A DNA stretch of 64,000 nucleotides from Iphione sp. A-MEVVRFRX5 (taxonomy: Eukaryota). Shown here one piece after another: positions 34,850 through 48,162 of this stretch (position 1 is the first letter of the stretch; every line of letters starts with the position of its first letter). Where the stretch lies: positions 84,940,001-85,004,000 of the forward strand of contig OZ320320.1 in assembly GCA_976226885.1 (NCBI GenBank), written 5' to 3'. Both the position numbers and the translations under genes were made by a program. Under the pieces are notes generated by a model, which ran no database searches, was not told the DNA's origin, and saw nothing but the letters and a program-made list of their open reading frames with translations.

Positions 34850-35047
34850 AAAATACAGCATTTGTCAAGACATAATGCCATCTGCATTATATTTATTCTA
34901 CTGTACTTTTTCATAAATTAGTTATTCCGGTTATATTACTCTCTGAAATAAACACCTAACATTTGATAGGACAACTGCAGATAGATTAAGCAGTGTATTT
35001 TTTATCTAAAGACCCCCCATGTAGTTTACCTACGTGTGTCTCGTGTA

Positions 35048-35300
35048 CAGGCCCGTAGCCAGGACATTTCATGGGGGGTATCTGAAATCAGAGAGGTGGA
35101 ATATATTTCTTCACATTTCCTCACTTTTGAGCATTTTTTCCTCTTTCTCCCTTCCTCCCTGTCTCTCCCCTTCTCTCTCTCTCTCTCTCTCTCTTCTATC
35201 TATCTCCCTGTCTCTATCTGTATCTTGTGTGGGTGGACCTCCTTGTCTTTGTGGGGGGGTATCGGCCGATACCCCCGATACCCCCTTGGCTACGGGCCTG
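35048..35300. mobile_element. CAGG...CCTG MITE
   Basis: TIR CAGGCCCGTAGCCA / TGGCTACGGGCCTG; 6-bp duplication cgtgta. Confidence 0.88.
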
Positions 35301-36889
35301 CGTGTAGTAGGTACAGATACCATACAATTGTCGCATGAGCTGCAAACAACATTGGCTCAAAAACGCATAAACGTTGGTGGATATCTGTCTGTGTCTGTGT
35401 GGGAAGCATACCTGGAAGTTTTGATACATATCCCTGGACCCTCAAAGAGTAGGTGTGTGTGTATGCGCGCGTGTGTGTATGTGTGTGTGTGTCTGTTCAT
35501 GCATTTATGTGCACATGTATGTATGTGTGTATATGAATTTGTGGGCGTTCTACCAAATCTATTAAATTAGGCATTTTTTGTGCCGATTGCATAGAACACC
35601 TGTCAAGTCTGTGGAAATTGAGTAATGTTTTGGTGCTGATCTGATGTGCATTCTGCAAATATTTCAATCATATGAAAATTAACCTGATTTTACACTTCTT
35701 ACAGCTGTCTGGGCATGACGGCTCTCGAGACGAGTTTCCTCTGCTGCCGGTGTGGTCGGGCCTGCTGTTCTTACCACGTAACGTTACGGACGTCGCTCGT
35801 TAAGAGCATTGCGTACATGCACCAGGACCCACTGACGCGACCCCTGTCCCCGGCCCCTGTCTCTCTTCACTCTCATAATTACATTCTTTCCCCGTACACA
35901 GGTACATATACACGTGTATCCTACAGTCCCGGCACCTTCGCCTGGAATAACCGGGGGGGGGCACCTGGCATGATTATTTCATTTAGAGCCCCTCGATTTA
36001 AAGAATGGTTATGGTGACGATGACACATCTGATTGCAAAGGCATGCGACTTTTCAATTACTTACGAATGTGTGTACGTAGACGCGCCACGGTGCGTGAAG
36101 ATGGCGTAAAAGATGAACCAATTCACCTACATTGTAATTGGGTCTGGGAAGGGGGGGTCACAATGCATGGAGAGGAAGACAAGGAGTAATTAAGAAAATA
36201 AACTACCACTGATCAGTGATTCTAGCCTCTGTCAGCCCGGCGCACCACTAAACCCGGCATACCTTTAGGTTCGTTTTGACGGCATCAGGGTACACCAATC
36301 AGATTTTATGTACTGCCTGTAACGGATGTGTACCGTAATTAACCCCCCCACCCACTATACTAACACCGCCTTCATATCAGCTGATTATGTCTGCAATAAC
36401 GAGAGGAGTTGCAATATGGAAATGTTTACTCAACACAAAGTCTCATTCTGTATATAGAAACTCTGATTATGATAAAGAGGGACTGAAAGAGTGAGGGGTT
36501 GCCAGGGGTGGGAAGGTAGATAAGGTTACGCATGGCATTTGTCTTTGTGAAAATGAACACACGGTCGGCATCACTTGTTGCATTATACATGTATTCCTTT
36601 TGACTGACAATGTTTCTGAAACGGCTCTTCTGGCCGGGTCTTCTTCCAGCTGTCAACCGTCTTGGCATGCAGATGAGATTCATGCCTTGGATTTTGATGT
36701 GTACATTCGCTATCCTTATCAGTTGAGATTAAGTGGCTGTATCTGAATAGGGATAGGGGTGTGTTCATTCTGAAGATGACAGAGATAAGACTGGCAGGTC
36801 TGAGATAACTGTTGAGGAGTCTTGGCCAATGGTCAGGGTACTGTCCTTTGAATTAGTAACACTATGTTAATGATATGAAAAAAACTTTT

Positions 36890-37050
36890 CCCAGTGACAT
36901 TAAGCAGATTTTATACTTTTTCCAATGACAATCACCGGTTTTTATACTTATTCCAGTGATATTCACCTTTTTTTACTTTTTCCAGTGATATTTACCAGTT
37001 TTTTTTCCAGTGACATCAACCAGTGTTCATACTTTTTCCAGTGACAGAAA
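36890..37050 (+). repeat. Degenerate ~25-30-bp tandem repeat (atactttttccagtgac)
   Basis: Direct read. Confidence 0.7.
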
Positions 37051-39103
37051 TTTATGGCCCAGGGCCGTTTTCGGCCTCTGCACCACACACCATGCACCAT
37101 GCACTGGTATGCATGGAAAGAGTCATGTAGACTCTTATGGAGTTGTTATTTTCTGCACTATGCAGTCCGGACCCTGGAGATAATTTCCGCATGCATGGAA
37201 ATCTGGCCTTAGGGATGTAGAAAAACAATTCTTTCATTTGACACCATATGAGTCATTTAAAATTACACGATTCCTTCCAGTCCTTTGACAAAGTATGGCT
37301 TGAAATGTATATGATCAGCCATGGAAAAAGGAGTATCCAATGCAGTTTGATCAAAATGTCAAATAACCATTTTATAGGCATGAAAATGAAGGAAATGACA
37401 ATCTAGCCATGAAAAACTTTATTTGCTTATTTTTCATGAATGTGTTGTGGGAACTAGTTCTGGTAAATCTTCATTCCTAATAAGGTAATTTTAAATCATG
37501 TGATGAGGTATGTAAATGACATAAAGACATACTTTAGATTACCATAGTAAAACAATATAAGGAGGTAATGTAGAAATATGAACAATGTCCTATTAAGAAC
37601 TGAAAGCCTGTCAAAAATCCTCACAGAGAGTGATATTAGAAAGCTGCACCTTAATAACTTATTGCATGTCAGAGAGAGAGGATCCTTGCCACGTCAAAAC
37701 CTTAATAACTTATTGGGCCTCTTCTTGTTCTCCTTGTTTTTCTTCTTCTTCTTCTTCTTCTTCTTCTTATTTTTCTTCATAAAATTACATTCAACATGCC
37801 TTTCTGTCGACGGGCCCATATTCATGTACATGTATACACACATCTTTTCTAGGGGGCCAAGAATCTTAGGAATGGACCTGTACCAAAAAAAAGGAACATG
37901 GAACCGTATGTAAACAAATGAGGTGTGAGAACATGAGTGTCAGTCAGTGCAGTAAAAAAAAAACCCGACCTTGATGCAAAGGAACAAAAATGTCTCCAAC
38001 CAACTGAGCTCAGGCCACGTCTAAGGGGCTCTTTCCATGTGTACATGGATTACGTTGTGGACAGGGCTGGACCTGCAGGACAAATGGCTTTACCAGCACC
38101 ATTCCCATGTATGGGTAAATCCCGGGATGCATAACTGAAGGGTGTGGGAAGATCGGTGGAGCTCCGGTTTTCCTGCAAAATGGCGCGTAGCAGTGTGGAA
38201 CAGGACATGCGTGAACATCCATACATCCAATTATATGATCAAACTTTCCTTGTGTGCATAGGCTCTACAGTACATAGCAGGTCCGCAGGTAATCCCCTAG
38301 ACAAGAGTGGGGCCAGGGGAGGGGGCGTCATCTTTAGATGCATACAAAGACAGCCACAGTACAGGTCGTACTAAATACATGTATATAAATATCAATTGTC
38401 TTGTGGGGAAAACATATGATGCATTCTGTCCGGCTGCCCTGGTGGATATTTAAAGTATACTAGAAACGGAGAACACCGCTGGCCAGGGCACGGTGATGGT
38501 TAGAGGTGCACAGTCTCCCTGCCTGGGGACCTGGCTGCTTCAGTAGATCCTCAGGTCGGGTGGGTACAAGCCACAAGGGAGAAGCTGGACCACTAGAATG
38601 GCGGCCAAGGCGTGAAGCCTGTAGGGGGAGGAGGAGGTGGGGCAGGATGCCAAGTCTGTCAGTGAGGAAGGCGCTGAGCTGTGGTGGGGATGTCACACAG
38701 ATGAATCCACACTGACAAAAAACCGCCGGCGCCAAACCTGGAGAAGCAGGTGATGCAAACAACGTCACCATGACAACCTGAGCGATTCCACGTCAGTGAC
38801 GACGACAGAGAGGGGCACGGAAAGAGGGATAACCACGGGGTAGCACAGCAACAGGTTGGTGGCGGCACGCCTGTTAGGGTCCTCAGTCCAAGATGTGCGT
38901 TTCACGTCCGCAGGCAGAGTAACTGGAAGACACTGATGTGTTTACCAGTCGACCAGAGACAACACACTGTGACGAATCCCCTAATTTATATGCGCAAGCA
39001 ATTCTAGAAAGTGGCATGGTAAGGAATATCCATGCAGAGAGGATTTCAGGATCACCTCAATCTGTCAAAAATGAATCGGCAATTATAATATGTAGAAAAC
39101 ATG

Positions 39104-39105
<2 letters not shown>

Positions 39106-39145
<40 letters not shown>

Positions 39146-40075
39146 CGTTTATTGTCTTCTCCGTCTCATCTTACAGGCGAGGTGAGCTTTCCAGAAAGCG
39201 ACAAGGAACTAGATAACAAAGAATAGTGTGTTATGATGATGATTACATAAACAGTTATTCATATTATACAATAAGTAATATTATTACAGTGCAATCAATA
39301 CATACAAAGATAATACACAAAATGCACATTTCTGAACATTGCCTCTGAACAAGTATTGCATAAATTTATAACAACCTGGTTTTGATTTTTCGCTTAAATG
39401 ATCCTATGCTATTACATCTTTTTGTTTCATCAGGAAGGTCATTCCATAGTTTCTTCCCAATAAAGATGGCCGAATTCCGGACAATACTCGATTTAGTATT
39501 TGATATTGCCAATCTTTTCGTTTTTGATAGCCTCGTCATCCCTTTGTTCTGTAAGTTTACATTGTTTGATAGATACAGACCATGTATTATACATAGTGTT
39601 TCCTGTTTAATCATACTGTAGAGAGAGATGTGATATTTCTGTTTCTTAAATTCCTGTCCTTCAATACTCTTTTCACACACTTATTGTAACATTGTTGGAG
39701 AGGTTTTAGCATGTTTTTCCTTGCTCCTATAATAAATGGGGCTATGTATTGCACATGTGGGTCTATAAAAGAAGAGATTAATTCTTTCCGCGTCTCTTTT
39801 GGTAGGGCACTTGAGATTTTGCTAATGTTATGAGATGCCCTAGTCATTTTTTGTTTTGCTGCCTGTATGCTATCCCTCCATGACATTGTACTATCAAAAG
39901 TGTATCCCAATATTTTGATTTTGTTACTTTGTTTTATACAGACATTGTCTAAAACGATTGGACCAATCGACACATTTTGTTTTGCAATGAGCAAGAAAGT
40001 GGTTTTCTCAGTATTCAGACACAATCCATTTTGGTCACACCATTGCTTCATTAGTGATACACATTCATTGATCCT
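39106..40075 (-). mobile_element. 5'-truncated CR1/L2-like LINE with intact 3' end
   Basis: ORF2 C-terminus WCDQNGLCLNTEKT...LGYTFD...LWNDLP...SFKRKIK; GCTTTC/GAAAGC hairpin, AATAAA and (ATT)n tail on the minus strand. Confidence 0.9.
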
Positions 40076-40120
40076 TGATTAAATTGAATTGAATTGAATA
40101 GTCATTTCACTTCTCAAGTA

Positions 40121-40976
40121 CAGGAAAAACTCGCTTTGCGACCAGCACTTGGGCCGGCCCAAAATGGTCGTAATTCTGAATTTGGCCGCAAAGTGATTGT
40201 GGAGGGGGGTCTGGGCTTGAAATCATATCCCTTTCTCCCTCTCTCTTTATTAACATATGAAACGTCCAAAAAGTGCTGAATTTGATGACTTTAGGTCCAA
40301 AAAGTGCTGAATTTGATGACTTTAGGTCCAAAAAGTGCTGAATTTGATGACTAAAAGTCCAAAAAGTGCTGAATTTGATGACTTTAAGTCCAAAAAGTGC
40401 TGAATTTGATGATTTAAAGTGACTCAAAGAGGTGAGAGACCATCAAAGACGTCGCAGTTGACACCCCCGACCACTCTCTGGCTACCCCTCCACGGTGTGA
40501 GGAACATCAGAGACATCCCCATTGACGCCCGCGACCACTCTCGGGCTACCCCCTCCAGGGTGAGAGACCATCAAAGACGTCGCAGTTGACACCCCCGACC
40601 ACTCTCTGGCTACCCCTCCACGGTGTGAGGAACATCAGAGACGTCCCCATTGACGCCCGCGGCCACTCTCGGGCTACCCCCTCCAGGGTGAGAGACCATC
40701 AAAGACGTCGCAGTTGAAGCCCGCAACCACTCTCTGGCTACCCCCTCCAGGGTGAGAGACCATCAAAGTCGTTGGTCGCAAAGTGAATCTAAAATGTACT
40801 AAAAACGACCCTAGGAGGTGTGGTCGCAGGGTGAATATGGTCGGAAAGCAATATGGTCGCAAAGTGATTGCCTTTAACATAGGAAATGTACTGAGAATAA
40901 TTCCGTTCCGAAGAAAAATGGTCGCAATAGTCGATTTGGTCGCAAAGTGAGAGGGTCGCAAAGTGAGTTTCTCCTG
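40121..40976 (+). mobile_element. Non-autonomous Tc1/mariner-type element with internal 31-bp and ~57-bp arrays
   Basis: TA|CAGGAAAAACTCGCTTTGCGACC ... GGTCGCAAAGTGAGTTTCTCCTG|TA; same family as 14438-15052. Confidence 0.9.
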
Positions 40977-41049
40977 TATTCATTGCACTTTAGGGTCTTC
41001 TAGAGAAAGAAAACAATAAGTCGATAAAAAATGACATATGCATATTTAA

Positions 41050-41719
41050 AGCACGGTGGCCATCTTTTTTTCTCTTTAGCTCTATATGGAGAAGTGTGCG
41101 AATATATTGCATATCGTCACTGTTTGGATTAGCATTTGGAGGTGTTACTTGAGTGTCCCCCTCTTGAATGATTGGCCCTGTGTAGGTGTGAGCGCTTTTT
41201 CATGTTGAAGTTCCCTGGGGGATTCGAACCCACTAAGGCTGCCTCTGTGGTGTCTATTGTCTCAGACCAGCACTTCTATCCACTGCGCCACAGAGGGCTG
41301 ACAAATTCGCCATCTTTCTTTACAACTATATTCATTGTCACTTGACGGCCAAGGTATATACAGTGGAATCCCTGAATTTCCAACCAGTCTAATGTGGGGG
41401 AAGACCCCCCACACCCCCCTTTTCTTTCTGACATTTTCATGAATTAAATACATCTTTAGCATGACGTCTGGAAATATTTGCCACCTTTTCATGAATTCAA
41501 TGCATCTTTAACCAAACCTCCAGTAATATTTGCCATTTTTTATTAATTAAATGCATCTTTAGCGCTACCTCCATAAATATTTGCCAATTTTTCAGGAATT
41601 AAATGCATCTTTAGCATGCCTCCAGAAATATTATCATTTCTTCTTTAATTAATGTGGGGGGAAACCCCCACCCCACCCCTACAGAGGGACAGAGAGAAGG
41701 ATGGGTAGGGGGCCGTGCT
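41050..41719. mobile_element. TTAA-flanked element with AG...CT termini (Kolobok-like, non-autonomous)
   Basis: TTAA|AGCACGG ... CCGTGCT|TTAA; a second right end at ~41904; internal ~51-bp AT-rich repeats at 41430-41650. Confidence 0.5.
41212..41298 (-). pseudogene. tRNA-derived Pol III head (SINE head or tRNA pseudogene, tRNA-Arg-like 5' part)
   Basis: Minus strand CTCTGTGGCGCAGTGGATAG (A box) and GTGGGTTCGAATCC (B box); does not fold as a canonical cloverleaf. Confidence 0.45.
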
Positions 41720-43023
41720 TTAAGTTATGTGAGTTACATACCTTGTAGAGTGTTGTACTTGATATGCGTTAGAAAGTGTCAAATGTGGCAGACCAGAACC
41801 GTTTGAGCACCTGTCCTTTTTCTTAACCTTTCCCGTTATTTCGAACCCTGCCTCGACTACATTGGTCATGCATGTAAATGACGGGTCATTAGGGGAGCCG
41901 TGCTTTAAGTTAGTTACATACCTTGGAGAGCTTGTACTTGATATATTCGCCCAGAAGGGTTAGCTCTCAGCTGCGCCTCGCGCTAATCCCTTCTGTGCGA
42001 ATATATCACATACAACGCTCTCCTCGGTATGTAACTATAACATACATATCGAATAAGGTAGAAAATGAGAAGATGACACGCATTAGACGAGTACAAGGGT
42101 ATTTCACCCACATACTTGGCACCTTGAAAAATGACATACACAGTAGAATAAGGTAAAACAACAAGAACTGTACAATAATTTGGGGATGACAGCTGTTGAG
42201 AGTTCTAACAGTCCTGGTGTGTTAAGACCCGAGCATCAAGGATTCTGTTGGTGAGGAGAAAAACGATATGACCACTCGTAGTAACTTGATTGATATCATA
42301 GGTAGGAATACGAACCTTAAAAACAAAAAAAACCCGCTATCTGTGAATCGAGTGCAATGTTATGATTTATGCAATATTTGCTTCACGAAATAATGATTTT
42401 TCCATATCAAATAAATTATGCACATAGCGGCCATGTGATGATCATTAACCCTAAATGCTCTTTCTACTACCGTTTCGAGGGGGTATTCATGTCAACGACA
42501 GACACCATGAAATCCGTGTTCTAATTCAAGGATCTATTGTAACTAATTTTGAAATAACTATATATTTGATCCCCTTCTCCTCCCCCCCCCCAGCTATCTG
42601 AGAGCCTACGTTATACGATTCACTGCCACCCCCGCCCCCACTTGTAGCCATCATCCCCCTCATCTGCTGCAGCTAAAGGGTTAACCCTTGTGTGGTAGCA
42701 AGTCGCATATATGACAAAGCCTAGGATGCATTATACTAGGCTTCATTCATTGAAACAATGCAGCCTTCATGTGTTCATTCAAGGTTTCTTCTTTACAATG
42801 TGTACTCCTCACACCTGGCCCTCCTATAGAGTTATCTTTGAAACAACCTTCCAGCCAGCACGCCTATAGGAGGTGAGGGGTAGGCAGGAGTCCAACTTGA
42901 TTACAGATACGGTACATGTGCTCAAGAACGATCGGCATGTGAGACGTGGCCTGGGGCCCGCCGGGGGAAAGCCTCCCTGCAAGCAGATGCCATTTCCTCC
43001 CTGTGAAATGTACAATGTATAAT

Positions 43024-43335
43024 CAGGCCCGCAGCCAGGAATTTTTCCGGGGGGTATCTGGAACTAGAGAAGTGGAACTCCTGGTAAGAAAGGTGGAACT
43101 CCCTTCAGAAGTTTAAATACCAGTATCATACTAATTCTTGAACAGATTCCCATTAAACTTATCAGACCTACAGATATGTCTGTTGGCTATACTAAGTAAA
43201 GATTTGGTAATCATTGCCTTATGTCTGTGGGCAGAAGAAGTGATCAATATGGCAATCAGGTGTTACTGCTGGCTTCTGTGGTGTGTGTGGGGAGTATCAC
43301 CCGATGACCCCGATAGCCCCTTGGCTATGGGCCTT
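43024..43335. mobile_element. CAGG...CCTG MITE (diverged)
   Basis: CAGGCCCGCAGCCAGG ... TTGGCTATGGGCCT; shared internal ggggtatctg..agaga.gtggaa segment. Confidence 0.75.
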
Positions 43336-45020
43336 TAGACGAGGTATGACATGAAATATTGATCCCTTCACAATACATTCATGATATGCGTGCTGGTGGG
43401 GGAGTCTTGAGATGCCGAGGGAGTAAAGTTCATGATAAATGGTTTGTAAAAAGTAGTAGCCAGTATAAACCTGAAAAGTGCGAGCGACTTCTGATGGTTT
43501 TCCATTTATGTTTTAAGCCAACGGTTAAGATTTTCTTTTTTCCGGAAACCGTCTCTCCCCCCCGGTGCCACATTAGCTTCATAAACAATGGTGAAGTAGC
43601 GAGTAAGTGCCTTTGGTCGAGTTAAATTAATGGCCCCCTCGGGTGCCATGTTGTTGTAAATAAGCTGGGGTTTTCATAGTGCACGACAGAGGTTTAAAGA
43701 GACACAAAGCACATACATGTATTGGGTTTATACTTACTTAGGGATAGGTGGTTGGATAGTAAATGGAGGCCAGCACAGAGGTTTAAAGAGGCCCAGAGCA
43801 CAAATAGAGGCTGTCATTAAAGACAGTGAGACCTCTATGCATGGTGGTCAGGTGGTGAGTGAATGCCAGGAATGTTTGGTGTAAGGCTAAGGCCCGGTTT
43901 CCATGCATGTGTGTTGGGTTGCATGAGGCTATACTCTGTCTGGTTCCTTTCCTCCCCATAGCCTTCATATAGCCTCACACCTCTCGCACATTTCATGGAA
44001 ATTTGGCAGAAAAATGGCAAGATTCATAGAAATTCAGCAGAAAAACTGCTCATTTCGTGGAAAATCGGCTGAAAAACAGGAAAACTGGTGAAGAGAAGTG
44101 AGGATATGTGAGGAAATAGAAAATGTGAGGAAATAGGAAAATGGCAAAGCAAATTTGACTGGAAGAGTGGGGGGGGGGGACTGGCAAAAATATGTTTGCA
44201 CTGCCTTTTGCTTGTGCATTGTTTGTAAAATTATCAGACATGTTCAAAAGTCGACAGTGAATACCCAGTGCATCCCAGCACACACGCATGGCAGCCTACT
44301 TGAAATCAGCATTTTCAATAAAAAAAAATGCACTTCAATGCACCAGACTGCACACATATGCACAAATGCAGTTATAAAGAAATGGGGCCTAAATATCTAT
44401 GTACCCGTGTAGGGGCTAGCATGTTTTCACGACCATGAAGTGTTGCGAACACACATCACACCATGTTCACGGTGGAAAATAATAATGGAACTAACTTGGA
44501 GCCTTGTATCACCCCCCCCCCCCCGTGACCAATGTATCACCTAATACATGGATTAACAGGAAGGAGGTGGCATGTACAGTTTCAACATAGATGCATACAA
44601 TGTATGTTGCGACCCGGATATGATAAAGGATTTATGTTTAAGCTCGAATTTCAGTAGAGACGTACGTGTATTTACGGTTCTGGTTCTACGGGCGTGATTT
44701 CTCAGGTGTGTCCTCTTGTTTTCATAGTGATAGGACATTTTGCATTGGCTAACCACGGCTGCGAAAATGTGAAAGTTGTGCGGGAAAAAGGGTAAAATCA
44801 ACGCAAATTCGGGGGGAAAATGGCGATCCTAGATACGGCACGGCAATACGAACGCTCTTTTGCAGACTGAGTACATAATGCCTGTTGTTAAAAATCACTG
44901 TGAATGAGACGATGGAGAGAAGGAGTAGGCAGCAAGAGAAACATAAGGTGCTTTCTTAACACCAATAGCAACCGCCGAACACGCTAGGAGGGCTGGGGCG
45001 GGGGCTGTTGCTGGGGCGGG

Positions 45021-45298
45021 NNNNNNNNNNNNNNNNNNNNNNNNNNNNNNNNNNNNNNNNNNNNNNNNNNNNNNNNNNNNNNNNNNNNNNNNNNNNNNNN
45101 NNNNNNNNNNNNNNNNNNNNNNNNNNNNNNNNNNNNNNNNNNNNNNNNNNNNNNNNNNNNNNNNNNNNNNNNNNNNNNNNNNNNNNNNNNNNNNNNNNNN
45201 NNNNNNNNNNNNNNNNNNNNNNNNNNNNNNNNNNNNNNNNNNNNNNNNNNNNNNNNNNNNNNNNNNNNNNNNNNNNNNNNNNNNNNNNNNNNNNNNNN
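45021..45298. other. Assembly gap (N run)
   Basis: Run of N. Confidence 0.99.
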
Positions 45299-45748
45299 GC
45301 CGGGTGGTCCATCTCACAGATGACAATATACGAGGAAATGAGAATTGTGTCCGACACAAAAGTCAGGTTCTATCCACCACCAAATCGAACATTAACCTGA
45401 AATTCCCCCCCCCCACCAACGCACGCACGCACGCACGCACACGCACGCACGCACGCACACATACACCTGTTGAGCGTGATCTGGCTGTATAGGTTGAAGG
45501 TATGACACTCACTCCTGTGAAAATAATGCTCTTGTTATCAGAGGACGATCTGCAAGTTAAAAAATGACCGCAAAATTCGTAATGACTTGGCTGTATTTGA
45601 ATAAATCATAACGCCTTGTAAGCTTCTCCGACATTATTATTTCTACTTTTTACAGCTAATAAATTCTCAGTGGAAGTGATTGTCACTCTGATACTTTGAC
45701 CGACATTTTTAATGGTTGTATACCTATGCACAAGCGTACTGTAAAAGA

Positions 45749-45777
45749 TCTCTCTCTCTCTCTCTCTTTCTCTCTCC

Positions 45778-45832
<55 letters not shown>
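45749..45832. repeat. Compound (CT)n(AT)n microsatellite
   Basis: Direct read. Confidence 0.97.
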
Positions 45833-45834
<2 letters not shown>

Positions 45835-46131
45835 AATAAACGGATAACGTGACATTTTTCTCTCGCCTCTTTCGCTTTGAAAGGTTATTAAGACGGAAAA
45901 GGGTGACGTTTATTACAGTTTCTCATTTCCATTGCTTCTCGCCAAAGATCAGAGTTATGATTTGACATAAGATAACCACAGGGGGTGGGCAACTACTTTA
46001 CTCATCTTTCTAATAGTTCGACATCCATTTAATACCAAAATCTCCTTCACGGTGTTGATTCACCAGATACACCAGAATAGCCGCTCGGAAGTCCGCGACC
46101 TACCCGCTTCCACTTCCAGTACCGCACCTCC

Positions 46132-46144
46132 CCACTAGATGGCG
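46132..46144 (+). promoter_or_regulatory. Consensus CTCF motif in a CpG-rich patch
   Basis: CCACTAGATGGCG matches CCACYAGRKGGCR exactly. Confidence 0.45.
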
Positions 46145-46215
46145 TCGGCAATGACCTACATGGCGAGGACGTATTTGGGGCGTGACGCCTTCCTGTCTGA
46201 AGGAGGCCGCCGGGC

Positions 46216-46217
<2 letters not shown>

Positions 46218-46250
<33 letters not shown>

Positions 46251-46294
46251 TGTGTGTGTGCATGTGTCAGTGTGTGTGTGTGAGTGTGTATGTG
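46218..46294. repeat. (GT)n microsatellite
   Basis: Direct read. Confidence 0.97.
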
Positions 46295-46461
46295 AGGGGA
46301 CGGCCCGGCAGACCCGGGCGTGTAGAGGAGGACCCATGGGTTGTTACGGTGCCGTCTGATGCTTGCCATATTGTACCGGTCTCAGTGGTCGACCACCCCC
46401 CACCCCTCACCCCTGTGTGGGTGAACCTCGCCCAAGCTGTTGTTGGCCTTCAGCTCGTACC

Positions 46462-46538
46462 ATGACCCGACGTTTCCAGCGAGCTACGGCCCTCTGTGCC
46501 TTTTGTAGTTGTTTATTATCTGTGCAGCTCATCTACAG
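46462..46538 (+). CDS. Candidate first coding exon encoding a signal anchor (MTRRFQRATALCAFCSCLLSVQLIY)
   Basis: accATG start, basic N-terminus followed by a hydrophobic stretch, strong donor CAG|GTACGT at 46538/46539; downstream exons not identified. Confidence 0.35.
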
Positions 46539-46634
46539 GTACGTTTCCCGCCTGGTTGACCATTATCTACCTTGCCGCACTTCGCATGAATAATGATCAA
46601 GCCAAAACTCTGAATGCCTCATGCCAGTTAGGTA

Positions 46635-47160
46635 TTCCAGAATGTATAAGAACAGCAATCTTGTATGTACATGTAGGTATTCCAGAATGTATAAGAACAG
46701 TAATCTGGTACGTACATGTAGATCTGTATTCTAGCATGTAACAGTAATCCTGTATGTACGTGGAGGTATTCCAGCATGTATAAGAACAGTAATCTAGTAC
46801 GTACATGTAGATCTGTATTCCAGCATGTAACAGTAATCCTGTATGTACGTGCAGGTATTCCAGCATGTATAAGAACAGTAATCTAGTACGTACAAGTAGA
46901 TCTGTATTCCAGCATGTAACAGTAATCCTGTATGTACGTGCAGGTATTCCAGCATGTATAAGAATAGTAATCTAGTACGTACATGTAGATCTGTATTCCA
47001 GCATGTAACAGTAATCCTGTATGTACATGCAGGTATTCCAGCATGTATAAGAATAGTAATCCTGTATGTACATGCAGGTATATTAACGTGCATTAAAAGC
47101 AGTGATCTTGTATGTACACGCAGGTATTCCAGCATGCATCTTGCCCATTACGTGCAGGTT
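46635..47160 (+). repeat. Minisatellite of alternating 49-bp and 40-bp units (89-bp dimer)
   Basis: acagtaatcc recurs at 46741, 46830 and 46919. Confidence 0.92.
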
Positions 47161-47982
47161 TTTAAACATGCATTAAGAACAGAAATCTTGCACTTACATG
47201 CAGCTATTTCAGTGGGCATAATGTAACACAGTACATGTAATAATTATGATAGAGAATGCATCATTATAGATAATGTTCTCAAAGTGCTGTGAATTGTAAA
47301 GTGTGCAGTTAAAAGGTGCTATGCAAAGCCTCGTATGAAGTACTTCTAAGTGTGCAAACAAAGTTTTTCACTCAGAGTACTTTTGTTCTTGGAATCAGCT
47401 CGAAGTGGAAACCTTTTTTGTCAAACAGTGTAACGACATTGTCTTTCGGTATTGAGTTGTGTGTGAACAAGGTAATCCTTATGATCTACATCTTATGAGG
47501 TACCTTGGATACTTGGTGTCGTGGTGTCATGATGGTGAAACATATGAAAACTTTTGTTCAGCTACCTTGAATCAATGATTATATCCAGATCATGGGAAGT
47601 TGGTACGTATTATTTGTCAAAGCAATTTGAGTATATAAGAGAGTTGCTTCAATGTTCTCATCAGACTCGCCCATGCTGATACCAATGCTGTCGCGTGAAG
47701 CTGTGAAGAATAAAGGCTGAAAATCGAACCTACTGGTGTGGTGTACCATTTATTGTTACAAGAAGAACAGTAGAATTGTGCACACATGCAGGTATTTCGG
47801 CATGCTTGAGAAGAGTAATCACGTGACTTCATTTCGAGCTTCATCTCGACAATCAAGCATGCATGGGAAGAATTGAATTCCGAGCGAGCCTTTGCTCGTT
47901 CAATTTTCACGGTATTATGTTGACAGGAACGTGGAACACAGCCATCTCTCAGATGTTCTTCCATATCTTGGACAAATATGTA

Positions 47983-48162
47983 CAGTGGAACCCCTCTACT
48001 AAGGACACACTCTATGAAGGACATCCCACACTATGTACAGGCTGGAGACAGCACCAAATCTATATAAAGTCATGTTTAAATTCTCCTGCTATGAAGGACA
48101 TGCCTCTGTATGGACGCTTTTTGGTCAGTCCTTTTGCTGTCCGTAGTAGAGAGGTTCCACTG
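47983..48162. mobile_element. Tc1/mariner-type MITE
   Basis: 25-bp TIR with 23/25 match (CAGTGGAACCYCTCTACTAMGGACA); TA duplication. Confidence 0.92.

Noticed and set aside
38460-38960. GC-rich patch vaguely resembling a Gypsy integrase tail
   Set aside because: Stops in all frames, no diagnostic motif and no LTR found
42449-42680. piggyBac-like MITE (TTAA-CCCT...AGGG-TTAA)
   Set aside because: Only 4 bp of inverted match beyond TTAA, which is insufficient
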